A DNA stretch of 64,000 nucleotides from Candidatus Marinacidobacterales bacterium (GCA_965226495.1 OZ245365.1:6208001-6272000), one strand, 5' to 3'. Counted from the first letter of the stretch, positions 32,051 to 42,480 are shown. The notes: generated by a model not told the origin, from the sequence alone. Numbers and translations: made by a program.

Positions 32051-32219
32051 CTATGCTTGTTTCGCCAATAGAAGCTAGAATCCTCGATCATGAGGATGCC
32101 GATGCAGCCCTTGACATTGTTGGTGGTCGCCATCGCTGGTTGGATCCAGCGTGACCAACAGGCCGCTTAGCGTCATCTCACCAACACTTGATGGCGGAAG
32201 CACCACACGACCTGGCACC

Positions 32220-32894
32220 TTATTTCTTGCGTCCGACTAGAAGAGTATTCGGGGGTTCCCGCCAGGCACATTCAGCGTTAAATCCGGCTTCGCGCATGGC
32301 GGTAAGCTCGTCGTCGAGCGGGAAGTAGGTGTCTTCGGACGCCCACTCGTCGAAGTGCTCATAAGCGCGCCGTTCGTCTATGCCGCACGAAACCAAGTGG
32401 CCAGCCCATATGCGGTAGCACTGCTCCTGCCTCACCGGGTGTGCGCTCATGGTCACGTCGGCATTCACGAACACCCCGCCAGGGCGAAGCGTCCGGAAAA
32501 TGCCCTTGTACAGTGCACGCTTGCGTTCCATCGTGGGAACGTGGTGCAGGGCCAGGCAAGCGGACACGGCGTCACATTCCGGGAGCGGAGATTCGAAGGA
32601 ACACTTCTGGAAACGCGCGCGGGCTCCGAATCGCTTGAGTCGGATACGTGCCCGGTCCAGCATCTCCGCATCCACGTCGATGGCCTCGACGACACCCACG
32701 CCTTCATGTTCCAGCATCGCCTCTGCCAGAGCCCCCGTTCCCGCACCGAGGTCTAGCACTAGGGTGGGCCGGATGCCGGCGATTTCGCGGGCAGCCCAGG
32801 TCAATCCTTCCTCGTAGCCCGGGATAAACTGGCGAATGGTCTCGTCGTAGGAATCGATCTCGAGGCGAAGGTGGTTGCGAACGGAATGACTCAT
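32220..32894 (-). CDS. Class I SAM-dependent methyltransferase
   Basis: LDLGAGTG, LALHH, LRPGGVFVNAD. Confidence 0.9.
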   Translation of the reverse strand: MSHSVRNHLRLEIDSYDETIRQFIPGYEEGLTWAAREIAGIRPTLVLDLGAGTGALAEAMLEHEGVGVVEAIDVDAEMLDRARIRLKRFGARARFQKCSFESPLPECDAVSACLALHHVPTMERKRALYKGIFRTLRPGGVFVNADVTMSAHPVRQEQCYRIWAGHLVSCGIDERRAYEHFDEWASEDTYFPLDDELTAMREAGFNAECAWREPPNTLLVGRKK

Positions 32895-32977
32895 AACTTG
32901 ACGGCCACAAGTTCAAATCCTATCCTCCCGACCCCGCTTTTCAAAACCTCTGGGAAGAACCTACGGAGTTTCGCAGG

Positions 32978-33124
32978 TGTGCCTTCTATTTATTCATCCG
33001 CCAGCCCATGGGTCGGAAGTCAGCCCTGCGGCGCGAAATACCCTGGATTCTGCGCGGATTCCAAGGGCGTCTAAGCTGCTGATTTGTGGTCTATTTCTAA
33101 AGGGCCGAGTTTTGGCACAGGACG
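32978..33124 (+). mobile_element. 147-bp A-B mini-element
   Basis: A left end joined to B right end. Confidence 0.8.
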
Positions 33125-33532
33125 GGATTATCGTGTGCGCGGTGTGCTCCGGTGAAAGAAACGGCGGTGGCTCGTCTGTCTCGCTAGGTGAGTTGAGGGG
33201 GGTGCTGAATTGAAATTGAAATATCCGACCATCCGAAACGGTTGTCCGTGCCCTTGCCATGCTGACAAGCTGGCGTGGTGTGGGCGATGCCTTGACCGCC
33301 ATCGACCGACTAAGGGTAAAGACGAGGGAGACGAGTCCGGGTTCGTCGATACCTCCACGGTGATAGGTGCAGGTGTTCCGGTGGCAAGGCGCGATCTAAG
33401 GAGATCATCGTCTCCCACGAAAACAGGCTTGCACATTCGCCGTCTAAAAGCTCTGTAAAGGTCCGCCCTTGCCATACCCCTCTGGCGGCTCACGGACCGC
33501 TTAGCAAAATCAAATATAACAAAGGCTTACGG

Positions 33533-34033
33533 GTGGAAAATCTCATGGCTAAAATGACCAATTGGTTGCGGAAGGCGATCGAATCGTCGAAAGTTCAACC
33601 TCTTGAAGTCCGGGAGGACGTGGCCATGGTCCATATCAATGCGAGCGCCGGCTATGCCCAGGTTGAAAGCTATCGCGATTCCAACTCCGCGTTGATTGAG
33701 CGCCTGCGACCACGAACGCGGCTGGCGATTGATTCCGCGAAGCTGGTCGAGATTGGTCCTGACGTTTGGCTTCGAGCGCACACCGTCCAAGAGAAAGGTG
33801 GCTCCGTGTTCAATTTTCAGATATGGCTAGCGCCCACGTCCGAGGATACGGCTCACATTGCGGCCGGCGTTTTCTTCAGTCGGCCAAGTCCGATTTGCTC
33901 CGGGCGATTTACTAACGTGAAGGATCTCGATCGGGATTACGCGCTCGGGTGGGAGTCGGCCGTCGCTTGGAGCTTTTTGGTTTGGAGCGATACACCCCTG
34001 TACTTCAACGATCCTGGCATGGTGAAAAACTAA
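33533..34033 (+). CDS. Hypothetical protein
   Basis: 166-aa ORF with no recognised motif; a B end follows at 34048. Confidence 0.45.
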   Translation: MENLMAKMTNWLRKAIESSKVQPLEVREDVAMVHINASAGYAQVESYRDSNSALIERLRPRTRLAIDSAKLVEIGPDVWLRAHTVQEKGGSVFNFQIWLAPTSEDTAHIAAGVFFSRPSPICSGRFTNVKDLDRDYALGWESAVAWSFLVWSDTPLYFNDPGMVKN

Positions 34034-34137
34034 GGTGCCTGCTACCCCGTCCTGTGCCAAAACTCGGCCCTTTTGAAGTAGACCACAAATCAGCAGCTCA
34101 GTGCCTGTGTTTGCGACCGGACCAAAGGCCGTAGGCT

Positions 34138-34303
34138 GGTGCTTCCGCCATCGAGTGTTGGTGAGATGACGCTAAGACTTTACGGTGCATTAAGTTACAG
34201 CCAAAATAGCGCTCGTGACCTTCGCTGCGCGCTAAATAGAGCGTAAGCGCCTTTTTTGCAAAGGGATGTGTACACATCACCAACAGTAAACAGCGCAAGC
34301 ACC
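34138..34303 (+). mobile_element. D-family MITE, copy 3
   Basis: Near-identical to 12832-12997. Confidence 0.88.
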
Positions 34304-34397
34304 GATCAAGGCGGAATCAACGACGGATCGAGTTTTTGCAGCGCACAGGCGTTGGCGCATGAATCACGTTCGTGCTGTGGTAAACTCCGGTCCGTTG

Positions 34398-34628
34398 ATG
34401 CTACTGATTGCCAGTCTGATCGATGCCTACTCAGTCATCGTGTTCGTCGCGGCGATCCTCAGCTGGCTTCATCTCCCGCCGAGCGTCCAGGTGGTTCGCA
34501 TCGCCAGGATGTTGACCGAGCCGGCTCTGGCGCCGATTCGCAGGCTGGTGCCACCGAAGGGGAGGATCGACTTCTCGCCGTTGATTCTGCTGGTCCTCCT
34601 TCAGGTTCTGGGCCTCGCGTTGGTCTAA
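34398..34628 (+). CDS. YggT family membrane protein
   Basis: ILSW, LTEPALAPIRR, IDFSPLI. Confidence 0.85.
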   Translation: MLLIASLIDAYSVIVFVAAILSWLHLPPSVQVVRIARMLTEPALAPIRRLVPPKGRIDFSPLILLVLLQVLGLALV

Positions 34629-34647
34629 GGGACAACGGGGTAAAATT

Positions 34648-34753
34648 AGTGACTCCTTCGGGGATGGTGGAAACCCCTCGCCTTTAGGCGAAGAAAAGAT
34701 TGTCGAAGTCCCCGAAGGGGACGAGACTCCCCCGACTGAAGTCGGGGGGTTGA
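34648..34753. mobile_element. IS200/IS605-type non-autonomous palindromic element
   Basis: GGAAACCCCTCGCCTTTAGGCG and hairpin CCCCCGACTGAAGTCGGGGG followed by TTGA. Confidence 0.55.
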
Positions 34754-34807
34754 GAATGAAGCGGGCGCATGAAGTCGACTTCCAGTCGACGCGCCCGCGC
34801 AATCCAC

Positions 34808-34973
34808 GGTGCTTCCGCCATTAAGTGTTGGTGAGATGACGCTAAGACTTTACGGCGCATTAAATTACAGCCAAAATAGCGCTCGTGACCTTCGCTGCGC
34901 GCTAAATGGAGCGTAAGCGCCTTTTTTGCAAAGGGATGCGCACACATTATCAACAGCAAACAGCGCAAGCACC
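34808..34973 (+). mobile_element. D-family MITE, copy 4
   Basis: Near-identical to the other copies. Confidence 0.88.
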
Positions 34974-37900
34974 GCATATCCAGAAACGGTGCCTGTCCCT
35001 CGGATCCCGCGGTCAGCGTCTAGTCGCCTTCGCCGTCACGCTGTCGGCGCTGCTGTCCGGCATCGCGGCGCCGCGGGTACACGCCCAGACCACCTGGGGA
35101 GTGGAGGTGTCGCCGACCACGCTGAGCATCGACGAGGGCGAATCTCTCACCTACCGCCTGAGACTGACTGAGCCACCCCTCGCCGACGGATGGTGGGTCG
35201 TGCTGCGCGTCAACGGCTCGATACGCTACGACGGCCACTATAGAGGAATCAGTTGGGTGCCGTCGGTCGGCTGGGAGTTCAATCGGGACAACTGGGACAC
35301 TTGGCGGGAGGTCAGGGTAACGGCGCTTCAGGACGAAGATGGATTGGATGGGTCGGTGACCTTCACCCACGACGTTTGGGATGAGAATGCCGATTGCCCG
35401 GTGAAGGGTGAGAGCCCGGTGACGGTGCGGGTCATCGACGACGACGATGACCGGGGCAGCAGCCTGCCCACCCTGTCCATCGCGGACGCGGCGGTGGCCG
35501 AAGGGGGCACGGCCGAGTTCGTCGTGACGTTGACACCGGCCAGCACCGAGACGGTGACGGTGAACTTCGAGACGGCGGACGGGACGGCCAAGGCAGGCTC
35601 GGACTACACGCAGACGTCGGCAACGCTGACCTTCACGGCGGGGCAACCGACGAAGACGATCTCGGTGTCGACGGTGGACGACGATGCCCAGGAGTCGGAC
35701 GAACGCTTCACGGTGACCCTGCGCAACCCGGACGGGGCCACGCTGGACGACCACACCGGGGAGGGGACGATCAGGGACAACGACGACGACGACGGTGGCG
35801 GCAGAACTCCGGAGCTGTCGATCGGGGACGCGGCGGTGCAAGAGGGGGGCACGGCCCAGTTCGAGGTGACGTTGAGACCGGCCAGCGAGCAGACGGTGAC
35901 GGTGAACTTCGACCAAGGCGGGCTCGGACTACACAGAGACATCGGGGACGCTGACGGGCTTCACAGCGGGGCAGCGGGGCAACCAACGAAGACGATCTCG
36001 GTGTCGACGGTGGATGACGACGCCCAGGAGTCGGACGAACGCTTCATGGTGACCCTGCGCAACCCGGACGGGGCCACGCTGGACGACCACACCGGGGAGG
36101 GAACGATCAGGGATAACGACGACGGCGGGGGCGGTAGCCTCCCGACCCTGTCCGTCGGCGACGCCGCAGTGGTCGAGGGAGACACGGCCACGTTCCGGGT
36201 GACGTTGAGCGCGGCGAGCGAGAACGTGGTGACCGTATCGTACAAGACGAAGGACGGAACGGCGGTTGCAGGCTCGGACTACACGGCGATGGCGGGGACG
36301 CTGCGTTTCGAGCCGGGCGACACGACGAAGACGATCCGGGTACCGACCGTGGACGACGACACGCCGGAGGAGACCGAAGCCTTCACCGTGGAATTGAGCG
36401 CCCCGTCGGGGGCGACGGTGGCCGACGGAACCGGGACGGGGACGATCAGCGACGACGACGGCGGGAGCCGCAGCCTCCCGACCCTGTCCATCGGCGACGC
36501 CGCGCCGGTGCCCGAAGGGCGCACGGCCAAGTTCAGGGTGACGTTGCGCAGAGAGAGCGGCGAGCCGGTGACGGTGGCTTACCGCACGGTCGACGGGACG
36601 GCGGTTGCGGGCTCGGACTACACGACGACATCGGGAACGCTGCGCTTCGAGCCGGGGGAAACGACCCGGGCGGTTGCCGTGGCGACGCTGATTGACCAGC
36701 TGATGGAGGGCGCCGAGCAGTTTACGGTGGAATTGAGCGACCCGGTGGGGACGACGTTGGCGGACGACACAGGGGTGGGAACGATCACCGACGACGTGGA
36801 GCGCCGCATCGGGCTGGTTAACCAGACCGTCCTTCCGGAGATAGGGCGGACGCTGGCTTTCAGCGCTGTCAGGTGTCGCAGCGATCAGGCGTTCTCGGAC
36901 GCCGCCCAGGGCAGGGCGGAGGAGCCGGTTGGCCGTCTGTCGCTATCTCTCGCGCCGACCTCCGACGGGTGGGCCGCGGCGGGCACCGAGCCGCTGACCC
37001 TGGAGCAGGCGCTCGGCGATTCGTCGTTCCTGATGCCGTCGAAGGAGGAAGAGGGCGGGGCGGGACGTTTCGCGGCGTGGGGCTGCGGCGACTACCGCAA
37101 CCTGGCGGGCGGCGGCGAGGACGGCGTGGTCGCTTGGAACGGCGAGGTGTTCAGCGTGCACCTCGGGGCCGATGTGCGGCTTGGTTCCGACGTGCTGGCG
37201 GGGCTGTCCGTATCCCGGTCGAGGGGTTCGTTCGACTACTACGCGGGCGGCAGAGACGCCGGGGGCGGCGCGTACGAGCTGCAGCTGACGGGCGTCCATC
37301 CCTACCTGGGCTGGTCGGTGTCGTCCGACCTGGACGTGTGGGGAACGGTCGGTCACTCCTGGGGAGAAATCCGGATCGTGGACGACCTCGCCGGGGATCC
37401 CCGGACGAGCGAGGCGATGCTGGACTCTGGAGCGGTAGGCGTCAGCGGTCGGCTCCTGGCGCGCGGGACGACGAGTGTGAAGCTGAAGGGAGAGGGGGCG
37501 CTGGCGCGGCTCGACGTCGCGGGCGACGGGGAGACGTTCGGGGCGGTGACGGTCGACATGCGGCGGCTGCGGCTGAGCACCGAGGCCAGCCATGAGCACG
37601 TGTTCTCCTCCGGCGGGTCGCTCACCCCGTGGGGAGAGCTGGGTGTGCGCCATGACGGCGGCGACGGAGAGACCGGCGCCGGCCTGGAAGTCGGCGGCGG
37701 CCTGCGCTACCAGAATCCGGAGGCGGGGTGGACCACCGAGGGCTACGGCCGCTGGCTGGCGGTGCATGAAGGCACGATACGGGAATGGGGCTTCGGCGCG
37801 CTGCTCCGCTTCGCTCCTGGAGCGTCCGGCCACGGCCCGTCGGTGAGCCTGATGCCGGCATGGGGCAAGACCACGAGCGGCGTGCAGCGCCTCTGGGAGC

Positions 37901-38169
37901 GCGGTGCCACCGACCCGACCGTGCCCAGCGCCTTGGGCACGCGCCTGGATGCGCAGTTCGGCTACGGGTTCGCGGCGTTTCGGGAGCGGGGCGTGCTGGC
38001 TCCCTTCGGAGCCGTGAGCCTGGTCCGCGAGGAAGGACGGAGCTACCGGCTGGGCGGACGGCTGGCGGTGGGCCACTCGGCCACCGTGAGCCTGGAGGCC
38101 GAACGCCGGGAGCGCCCCGCCGCGTCGGTGGTCTACGCGGTCATGGTGCGCGGCGACGTGCAGTTCTAG
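34906..38169 (+). CDS. Calx-beta repeat adhesin with C-terminal autotransporter-like barrel; in-frame start lies inside the MITE
   Basis: Four LSI.DA.V.EG...DGTA.AGSDY...GTI.D.D repeats; RHDGGDGETGAGLE; terminal Phe. Confidence 0.85.
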   Translation: MERKRLFCKGMRTHYQQQTAQAPHIQKRCLSLGSRGQRLVAFAVTLSALLSGIAAPRVHAQTTWGVEVSPTTLSIDEGESLTYRLRLTEPPLADGWWVVLRVNGSIRYDGHYRGISWVPSVGWEFNRDNWDTWREVRVTALQDEDGLDGSVTFTHDVWDENADCPVKGESPVTVRVIDDDDDRGSSLPTLSIADAAVAEGGTAEFVVTLTPASTETVTVNFETADGTAKAGSDYTQTSATLTFTAGQPTKTISVSTVDDDAQESDERFTVTLRNPDGATLDDHTGEGTIRDNDDDDGGGRTPELSIGDAAVQEGGTAQFEVTLRPASEQTVTVNFDQGGLGLHRDIGDADGLHSGAAGQPTKTISVSTVDDDAQESDERFMVTLRNPDGATLDDHTGEGTIRDNDDGGGGSLPTLSVGDAAVVEGDTATFRVTLSAASENVVTVSYKTKDGTAVAGSDYTAMAGTLRFEPGDTTKTIRVPTVDDDTPEETEAFTVELSAPSGATVADGTGTGTISDDDGGSRSLPTLSIGDAAPVPEGRTAKFRVTLRRESGEPVTVAYRTVDGTAVAGSDYTTTSGTLRFEPGETTRAVAVATLIDQLMEGAEQFTVELSDPVGTTLADDTGVGTITDDVERRIGLVNQTVLPEIGRTLAFSAVRCRSDQAFSDAAQGRAEEPVGRLSLSLAPTSDGWAAAGTEPLTLEQALGDSSFLMPSKEEEGGAGRFAAWGCGDYRNLAGGGEDGVVAWNGEVFSVHLGADVRLGSDVLAGLSVSRSRGSFDYYAGGRDAGGGAYELQLTGVHPYLGWSVSSDLDVWGTVGHSWGEIRIVDDLAGDPRTSEAMLDSGAVGVSGRLLARGTTSVKLKGEGALARLDVAGDGETFGAVTVDMRRLRLSTEASHEHVFSSGGSLTPWGELGVRHDGGDGETGAGLEVGGGLRYQNPEAGWTTEGYGRWLAVHEGTIREWGFGALLRFAPGASGHGPSVSLMPAWGKTTSGVQRLWERGATDPTVPSALGTRLDAQFGYGFAAFRERGVLAPFGAVSLVREEGRSYRLGGRLAVGHSATVSLEAERRERPAASVVYAVMVRGDVQF

Positions 38170-38212
38170 CAGCACGCGACGCGCAGGCGCACCGTGCGTC
38201 CCCGTTCTGTGC

Positions 38213-38317
38213 GGTGCTTCCGCCATCAAGTGTTGCTACGCGGCTGCGGGCAGTGGTTCAGGTGCGGAAGAGACCGGGTTGCGCGCCCCAGTGAGCAGGA
38301 AAACCTCGATCCGCGAC
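38213..38317. mobile_element. Truncated IS1 end
   Basis: Identical to 59962-60066; cut by IS5. Confidence 0.9.
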
Positions 38318-39402
38318 GGCGTTGTTGCACCGCTCTGGCTGAGAGCGAAATCCGCCTATGGTGGTGGCCGAGGTATGTTCGAGCATGAAGTATCCCAAGC
38401 GCTGCCAGTACAAGCACGCGAAGCAGAAGAAGTACCACGTTCGCAACTGGGCGGAATACAACGAAGGGCTGCGCCGCCGGGGCGATTTGACAGTCTGGTT
38501 TGACGAGGAGGCAATCGCGAACTGGAAGGCCGACAAGACCGGTAAGCCTGGCGGTCAACGGGTCTATTCAGACATGGCGATTGAAACGGGCCTGGTTGTC
38601 CGGATGGTGTACAAGCTCGCCTACCGACAAACCGAAGGCTTCTTGCACTCGATCGCCTCGCTTCTCGGGCTCGGTATCGAGATCCCGGACTACTCGACGT
38701 TGTGTCGGCGCTCGAGGTTGCTCCGCAAGAAGCTGCGGATTCCGAAAGCCGCGAGCACTCAACCCATCCACCTGATGATCGATAGCACGGGCTTGAGGAT
38801 TCATGTTGGAAACGCTCGCAAACCGCCAAAGCAGCGCGCATGGCGCAAGTTGCACATCGCCGTTGATCGCGAGACAGGGAACATTGTTGCGTCCGAACTG
38901 ACGGCGTCACGAGCTCGCGACGCAACCCGAGTCCCCGCTTTGCTAACACAGATTCAAGCACCTCTAGTGTCGGTGGCAGCGGACAGTGCATACGACAAGG
39001 AAGCGGTCTACGAAGCCATCGAAGCGCACAGTCCTGGACGAAGGACGCGCGTGGTGATTCCGCCGCAACGAAACGCGACGCTCAGTCAGAATTCGAACAC
39101 CGCCATGCAGGAGCGCGATCGCCATATTCGTGCAATCGAAAGACACGGCCGACGTGAATGGTACAAGCTCTCAGGCTACACCAAGCGAAGCATGGTGGAG
39201 AACGCGGTCTATCGTTACAAGGCGATCATCGGGCCGGAGATGCGGGCTCGAACGTTGGCGAGGCAACGAGTTGAACACCGAATTGGGTGCGAGATACTCA
39301 ACAAGATGGCTGCGCTCGGGATGCCCGATACGTACTGCGCCGGGTGACTCTGCAACCGGCACAGGGAGGTCAGCGATTTGCTCCGGGCCGTGCAACAACG
39401 CC
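38318..39402 (+). mobile_element. IS5-family element copy A, transposase 38385-39347
   Basis: TIR GGCGTTGTTGCAC; IDSTG, ADSAYD, RSMVEN. Confidence 0.92.
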
Positions 39403-39855
39403 TCGCTGAATCGCCGGCTAGCTTCATCAAGGTCTATGAACAAATCAAGAAGAACGCTCCGGGAGGCTCGGGCGGTGGCACGGCTCACGAGACCGGGCAT
39501 ATCCAGCGCCAACTCGAACTGAAGGAAGCCGAGTAGGGGATCTATGCGCACATCGCCGCCGCCTCCGGACCGGGCAAGCCTGCAGAGCTGGTCGCCGACG
39601 AAATCGTCGATGCGGTCACCCGCGCAAGCGCCGTGCTCCAGGAAGAACAACGGGAGGCCCCGCTCGCAGAGGCTCTCGAACTCGTCCTGGAGGATGATGG
39701 TGGCGCACTTGACCGTAGCGGTGCGGCGGCTCGGGCTCCCGAGCTGGCTGACGAGGGAGGGTTTGCTAACTCCGGTAGAGATGGGGTTAAAAATGTGGGA
39801 ATGGAACAACATTAATATATCCAACCTTTTTGTTATCAGTAGTTTACAGTATTTA

Positions 39856-39952
<97 letters not shown>

Positions 39953-39994
39953 GCTTGAGGGACGCCCGAGCCTCGGCAGGCAGTTCATACTACA

Positions 39995-41278
39995 ATGCCC
40001 AACTCAAAAAACAAACCACCGAGACACCTAGAACAACTCGGCGGTGAAAAAAGGGTGATTGATTTGCTGCCGAGATTGCGGGGTGACATCGATGTCATGC
40101 CGTCCCCGCTTCCCGAGCAACCAGGGCTCTTGTTGCGAGACCCGTTCCTCTACACCGAGCACATCCTCGTGATCCCTCCGACGTGGGTCGTCGTGCTTCA
40201 ATGCCTCGACGGAGCACACTCGACCCTCGATGCCCAAGTGATCCTCACCCGTCTTGCCGGGGGCCAAATCGTCGCCCGCGAGGAAGTGGAGCAGTTCGTC
40301 TCGGTTTTGAACGAGGCCGGCTACATCGAGGGCGATGAGCTGGACGAGCTGAAAGAGCGCCGCCACGAAGAGTTCCGGCTCGCTCCCATGCGAGAAGCGA
40401 CTCACGCTGGCTCGGCCTATCCCGCGGAGCGCGATGACATCGATACCCTGTTCTCGAAACGACTTTCGAAAGCTCAGGATTCGGATGCAACCTGGCCGCT
40501 CGCGCTGGCTGCGCCCCACGTCTCGCCGCAAGGCGGGTTCGCATCCTACCAGGCGGCGTACCAGCTCCCACCGGTCGCGGAGGAGACCACGTTCGTCGTC
40601 TTGGGGACGTCACACTACGGAGCGCCCGAGCGCTTCGGCACGAGCACGAAGCCGTTTCGCACTCCTCTCGGGACCGCGGAGGTCGACCGGAAGGCTCTTG
40701 CCGACTTCGTGGCGTTCGCGGGAGGCGCGGTTGTCGAAGAAGACTATTGCCATCGCGCCGAGCATTCGATCGAGCTGCAAGTTCTCTTTCTTCAATACCA
40801 GCTCGCACACCCGATTCGTATCCTCCCGATCCTTTGCGGCCCTTTTCTCGACAGCTTGAAGACGGGCAAGCCGCCGGAGAGCATTGACTCAAACCGTCGC
40901 GTGTTCGATGCGCTGGCCGAGCTCCACGCGAAGCGAAATAACCTCGTCTGGGTTCTCGGCGTCGACATGGCCCACATCGGGACCCGCTACGGCCACGGCG
41001 AGGCCGCGCGCGCGGGAGAGGGCGTGATGGAGGAGGTTTCCGAAAAAGACCAACGCCGACTCGAGCGCATCTGTGAGGGCGACGCGGAGGGATTCTTCGA
41101 CCTCGTGCATCCGGGCGGCGACGAGCTCAACTGGTGCGGCTACGCGCCGATCTACGCGTTTCTAAGATCGGTCGGCGCGGCCGTGAAGCTGAGGGGCGAA
41201 GTCCGCTCGTACGAACAGTGGAACATTGACGATAGCTCCGTGGTCACGTTTGGGGCGGTGCATTTTGTTGAGCGCTGA
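39995..41278 (+). CDS. amrB: AmmeMemoRadiSam system protein B, diverged copy 2
   Basis: Shares AAPHVSP, GTSHYG, EEDYCH, EHSIE and YEQWNID with copy 1. Confidence 0.85.
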   Translation: MPNSKNKPPRHLEQLGGEKRVIDLLPRLRGDIDVMPSPLPEQPGLLLRDPFLYTEHILVIPPTWVVVLQCLDGAHSTLDAQVILTRLAGGQIVAREEVEQFVSVLNEAGYIEGDELDELKERRHEEFRLAPMREATHAGSAYPAERDDIDTLFSKRLSKAQDSDATWPLALAAPHVSPQGGFASYQAAYQLPPVAEETTFVVLGTSHYGAPERFGTSTKPFRTPLGTAEVDRKALADFVAFAGGAVVEEDYCHRAEHSIELQVLFLQYQLAHPIRILPILCGPFLDSLKTGKPPESIDSNRRVFDALAELHAKRNNLVWVLGVDMAHIGTRYGHGEAARAGEGVMEEVSEKDQRRLERICEGDAEGFFDLVHPGGDELNWCGYAPIYAFLRSVGAAVKLRGEVRSYEQWNIDDSSVVTFGAVHFVER

Positions 41279-41342
41279 CGAGCCGAGCTCGCCATCGGTC
41301 ATCAACATCGCCGTGGTGGGTCCTGCGCGATCCGTCTCTGCT

Positions 41343-41771
41343 TCACGTCTTCTCGACGTCCGATGGAAGCAATGTCAGAGCGTTGCCCTTTGGGCGGACC
41401 GCTCGGAAGTCGCGTTCATCCACGGTGAGCACGCGTCGAATGTCCAGTCTCTCTGCCGTCGCGATGACGGCGCTATCTACGAGGCCTAGAGCGAGATCGC
41501 GATAAGTTGCGATCAGCTCGCGACAGCGCTCGATGTCCGTCGAGGTCATCGGCTCGAGGCTTAGAGCGCCGGAGCTCAAGCCATCGAGGAAGTCGATCTC
41601 CGCGTCAATCCCCAGGAACTCGCGCAGCAGGTAGTCGAGCTCACCCAAGACCGCGGAGGGAACAATGATCGGTCCTCGTTCCTTGTCGACAATGTCACGG
41701 ACGGCCATATGGTGAGCGTCGTCCGCGTCATACAGCGCATAAAGACCGCCCGTGTCCGCTACCAGACTCAT
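41343..41771 (-). CDS. vapC: PIN-domain VapC toxin
   Basis: ADTG, LGE, LVDSAVIATAE, TVDERDF. Confidence 0.88.
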   Translation of the reverse strand: MSLVADTGGLYALYDADDAHHMAVRDIVDKERGPIIVPSAVLGELDYLLREFLGIDAEIDFLDGLSSGALSLEPMTSTDIERCRELIATYRDLALGLVDSAVIATAERLDIRRVLTVDERDFRAVRPKGNALTLLPSDVEKT

Positions 41772-42034
41772 CTAGCTTCCCTTTCCCGTGGCCTCTCTCG
41801 TGCCTTTCTCGCGGCCTGACGCAGCAACTCCTCAGCGCGATCGGATACGTCGGTCCTGCCACTTCTGTGGCGCCCAATTCCTGTGATCGGCGGGCGCTCC
41901 GGGTGCTCGGCTTCCTCGACGTATCTGCGGAGAGCCTCCCGGATCAGCGCGGCTTGACTCCTTCCCTCGACGGCGGCTCGGTGACGGAGCGCGACGGCGA
42001 CGTCCTCGTCAACATAAACGGTCGTCCTAATCAC
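41768..42034 (-). CDS. CopG/RHH antitoxin
   Basis: RTTVYV...SQAALIREAL; overlaps the vapC start. Confidence 0.85.
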   Translation of the reverse strand: MIRTTVYVDEDVAVALRHRAAVEGRSQAALIREALRRYVEEAEHPERPPITGIGRHRSGRTDVSDRAEELLRQAARKARERPREREAR

Positions 42035-42284
42035 GCATATATGTTAACACATACAAATATCGTAGTCAGTAGGGAGAAAAAGAAACAAATAAATCTATCT
42101 AAGTATTGGTATTTATTGTCTTTGTTGGTGTACTAGATTTTACATTCACTTGTTATTCATCTAATATAAATCGTCTTAGAAAACATTCATTTTGAAGGAG
42201 GAACGGTGATGGCGAGCCCGGCTACTGCTACCGCGACGTGTCTGCTTACCGAAAAAGACATCGAGCAGGGCTAGCAGGGTACTG

Positions 42285-42480
42285 ATGCGGGTCTCGTCGA
42301 ACGGCGGTATCGCCGAGCCCATCACGACGCTCACGGAGGGGCAGGGGTTTCACAGTGCGCCTACGTTTTATCCAAACGGCGAAGCGGTGCTGTTCTCGTT
42401 GGTGTCGACATCAGTGGACGACGCTCAACTCGCCGTGGTGTTGCTCTCCACGGGAGACCGGCGGCTTTTGGGGCGAAACA
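42285..42480 (+). pseudogene. Internal fragment of a TolB/PD40-type propeller protein
   Basis: LMRVSSNGG.AEPIT...PTFYPNGEAVLF. Confidence 0.5.

Noticed and set aside
35460-36790. DGR template/variable repeat pair in the Calx-beta repeats
   Set aside because: Differences are not adenine-specific and no reverse transcriptase is present; these are ordinary domain repeats
36943-38229. Long antisense or alternate-frame ORFs (also 50561-51937, 59979-61148, 62030-63067)
   Set aside because: Shadow ORFs of GC-rich genes with no recognisable motifs
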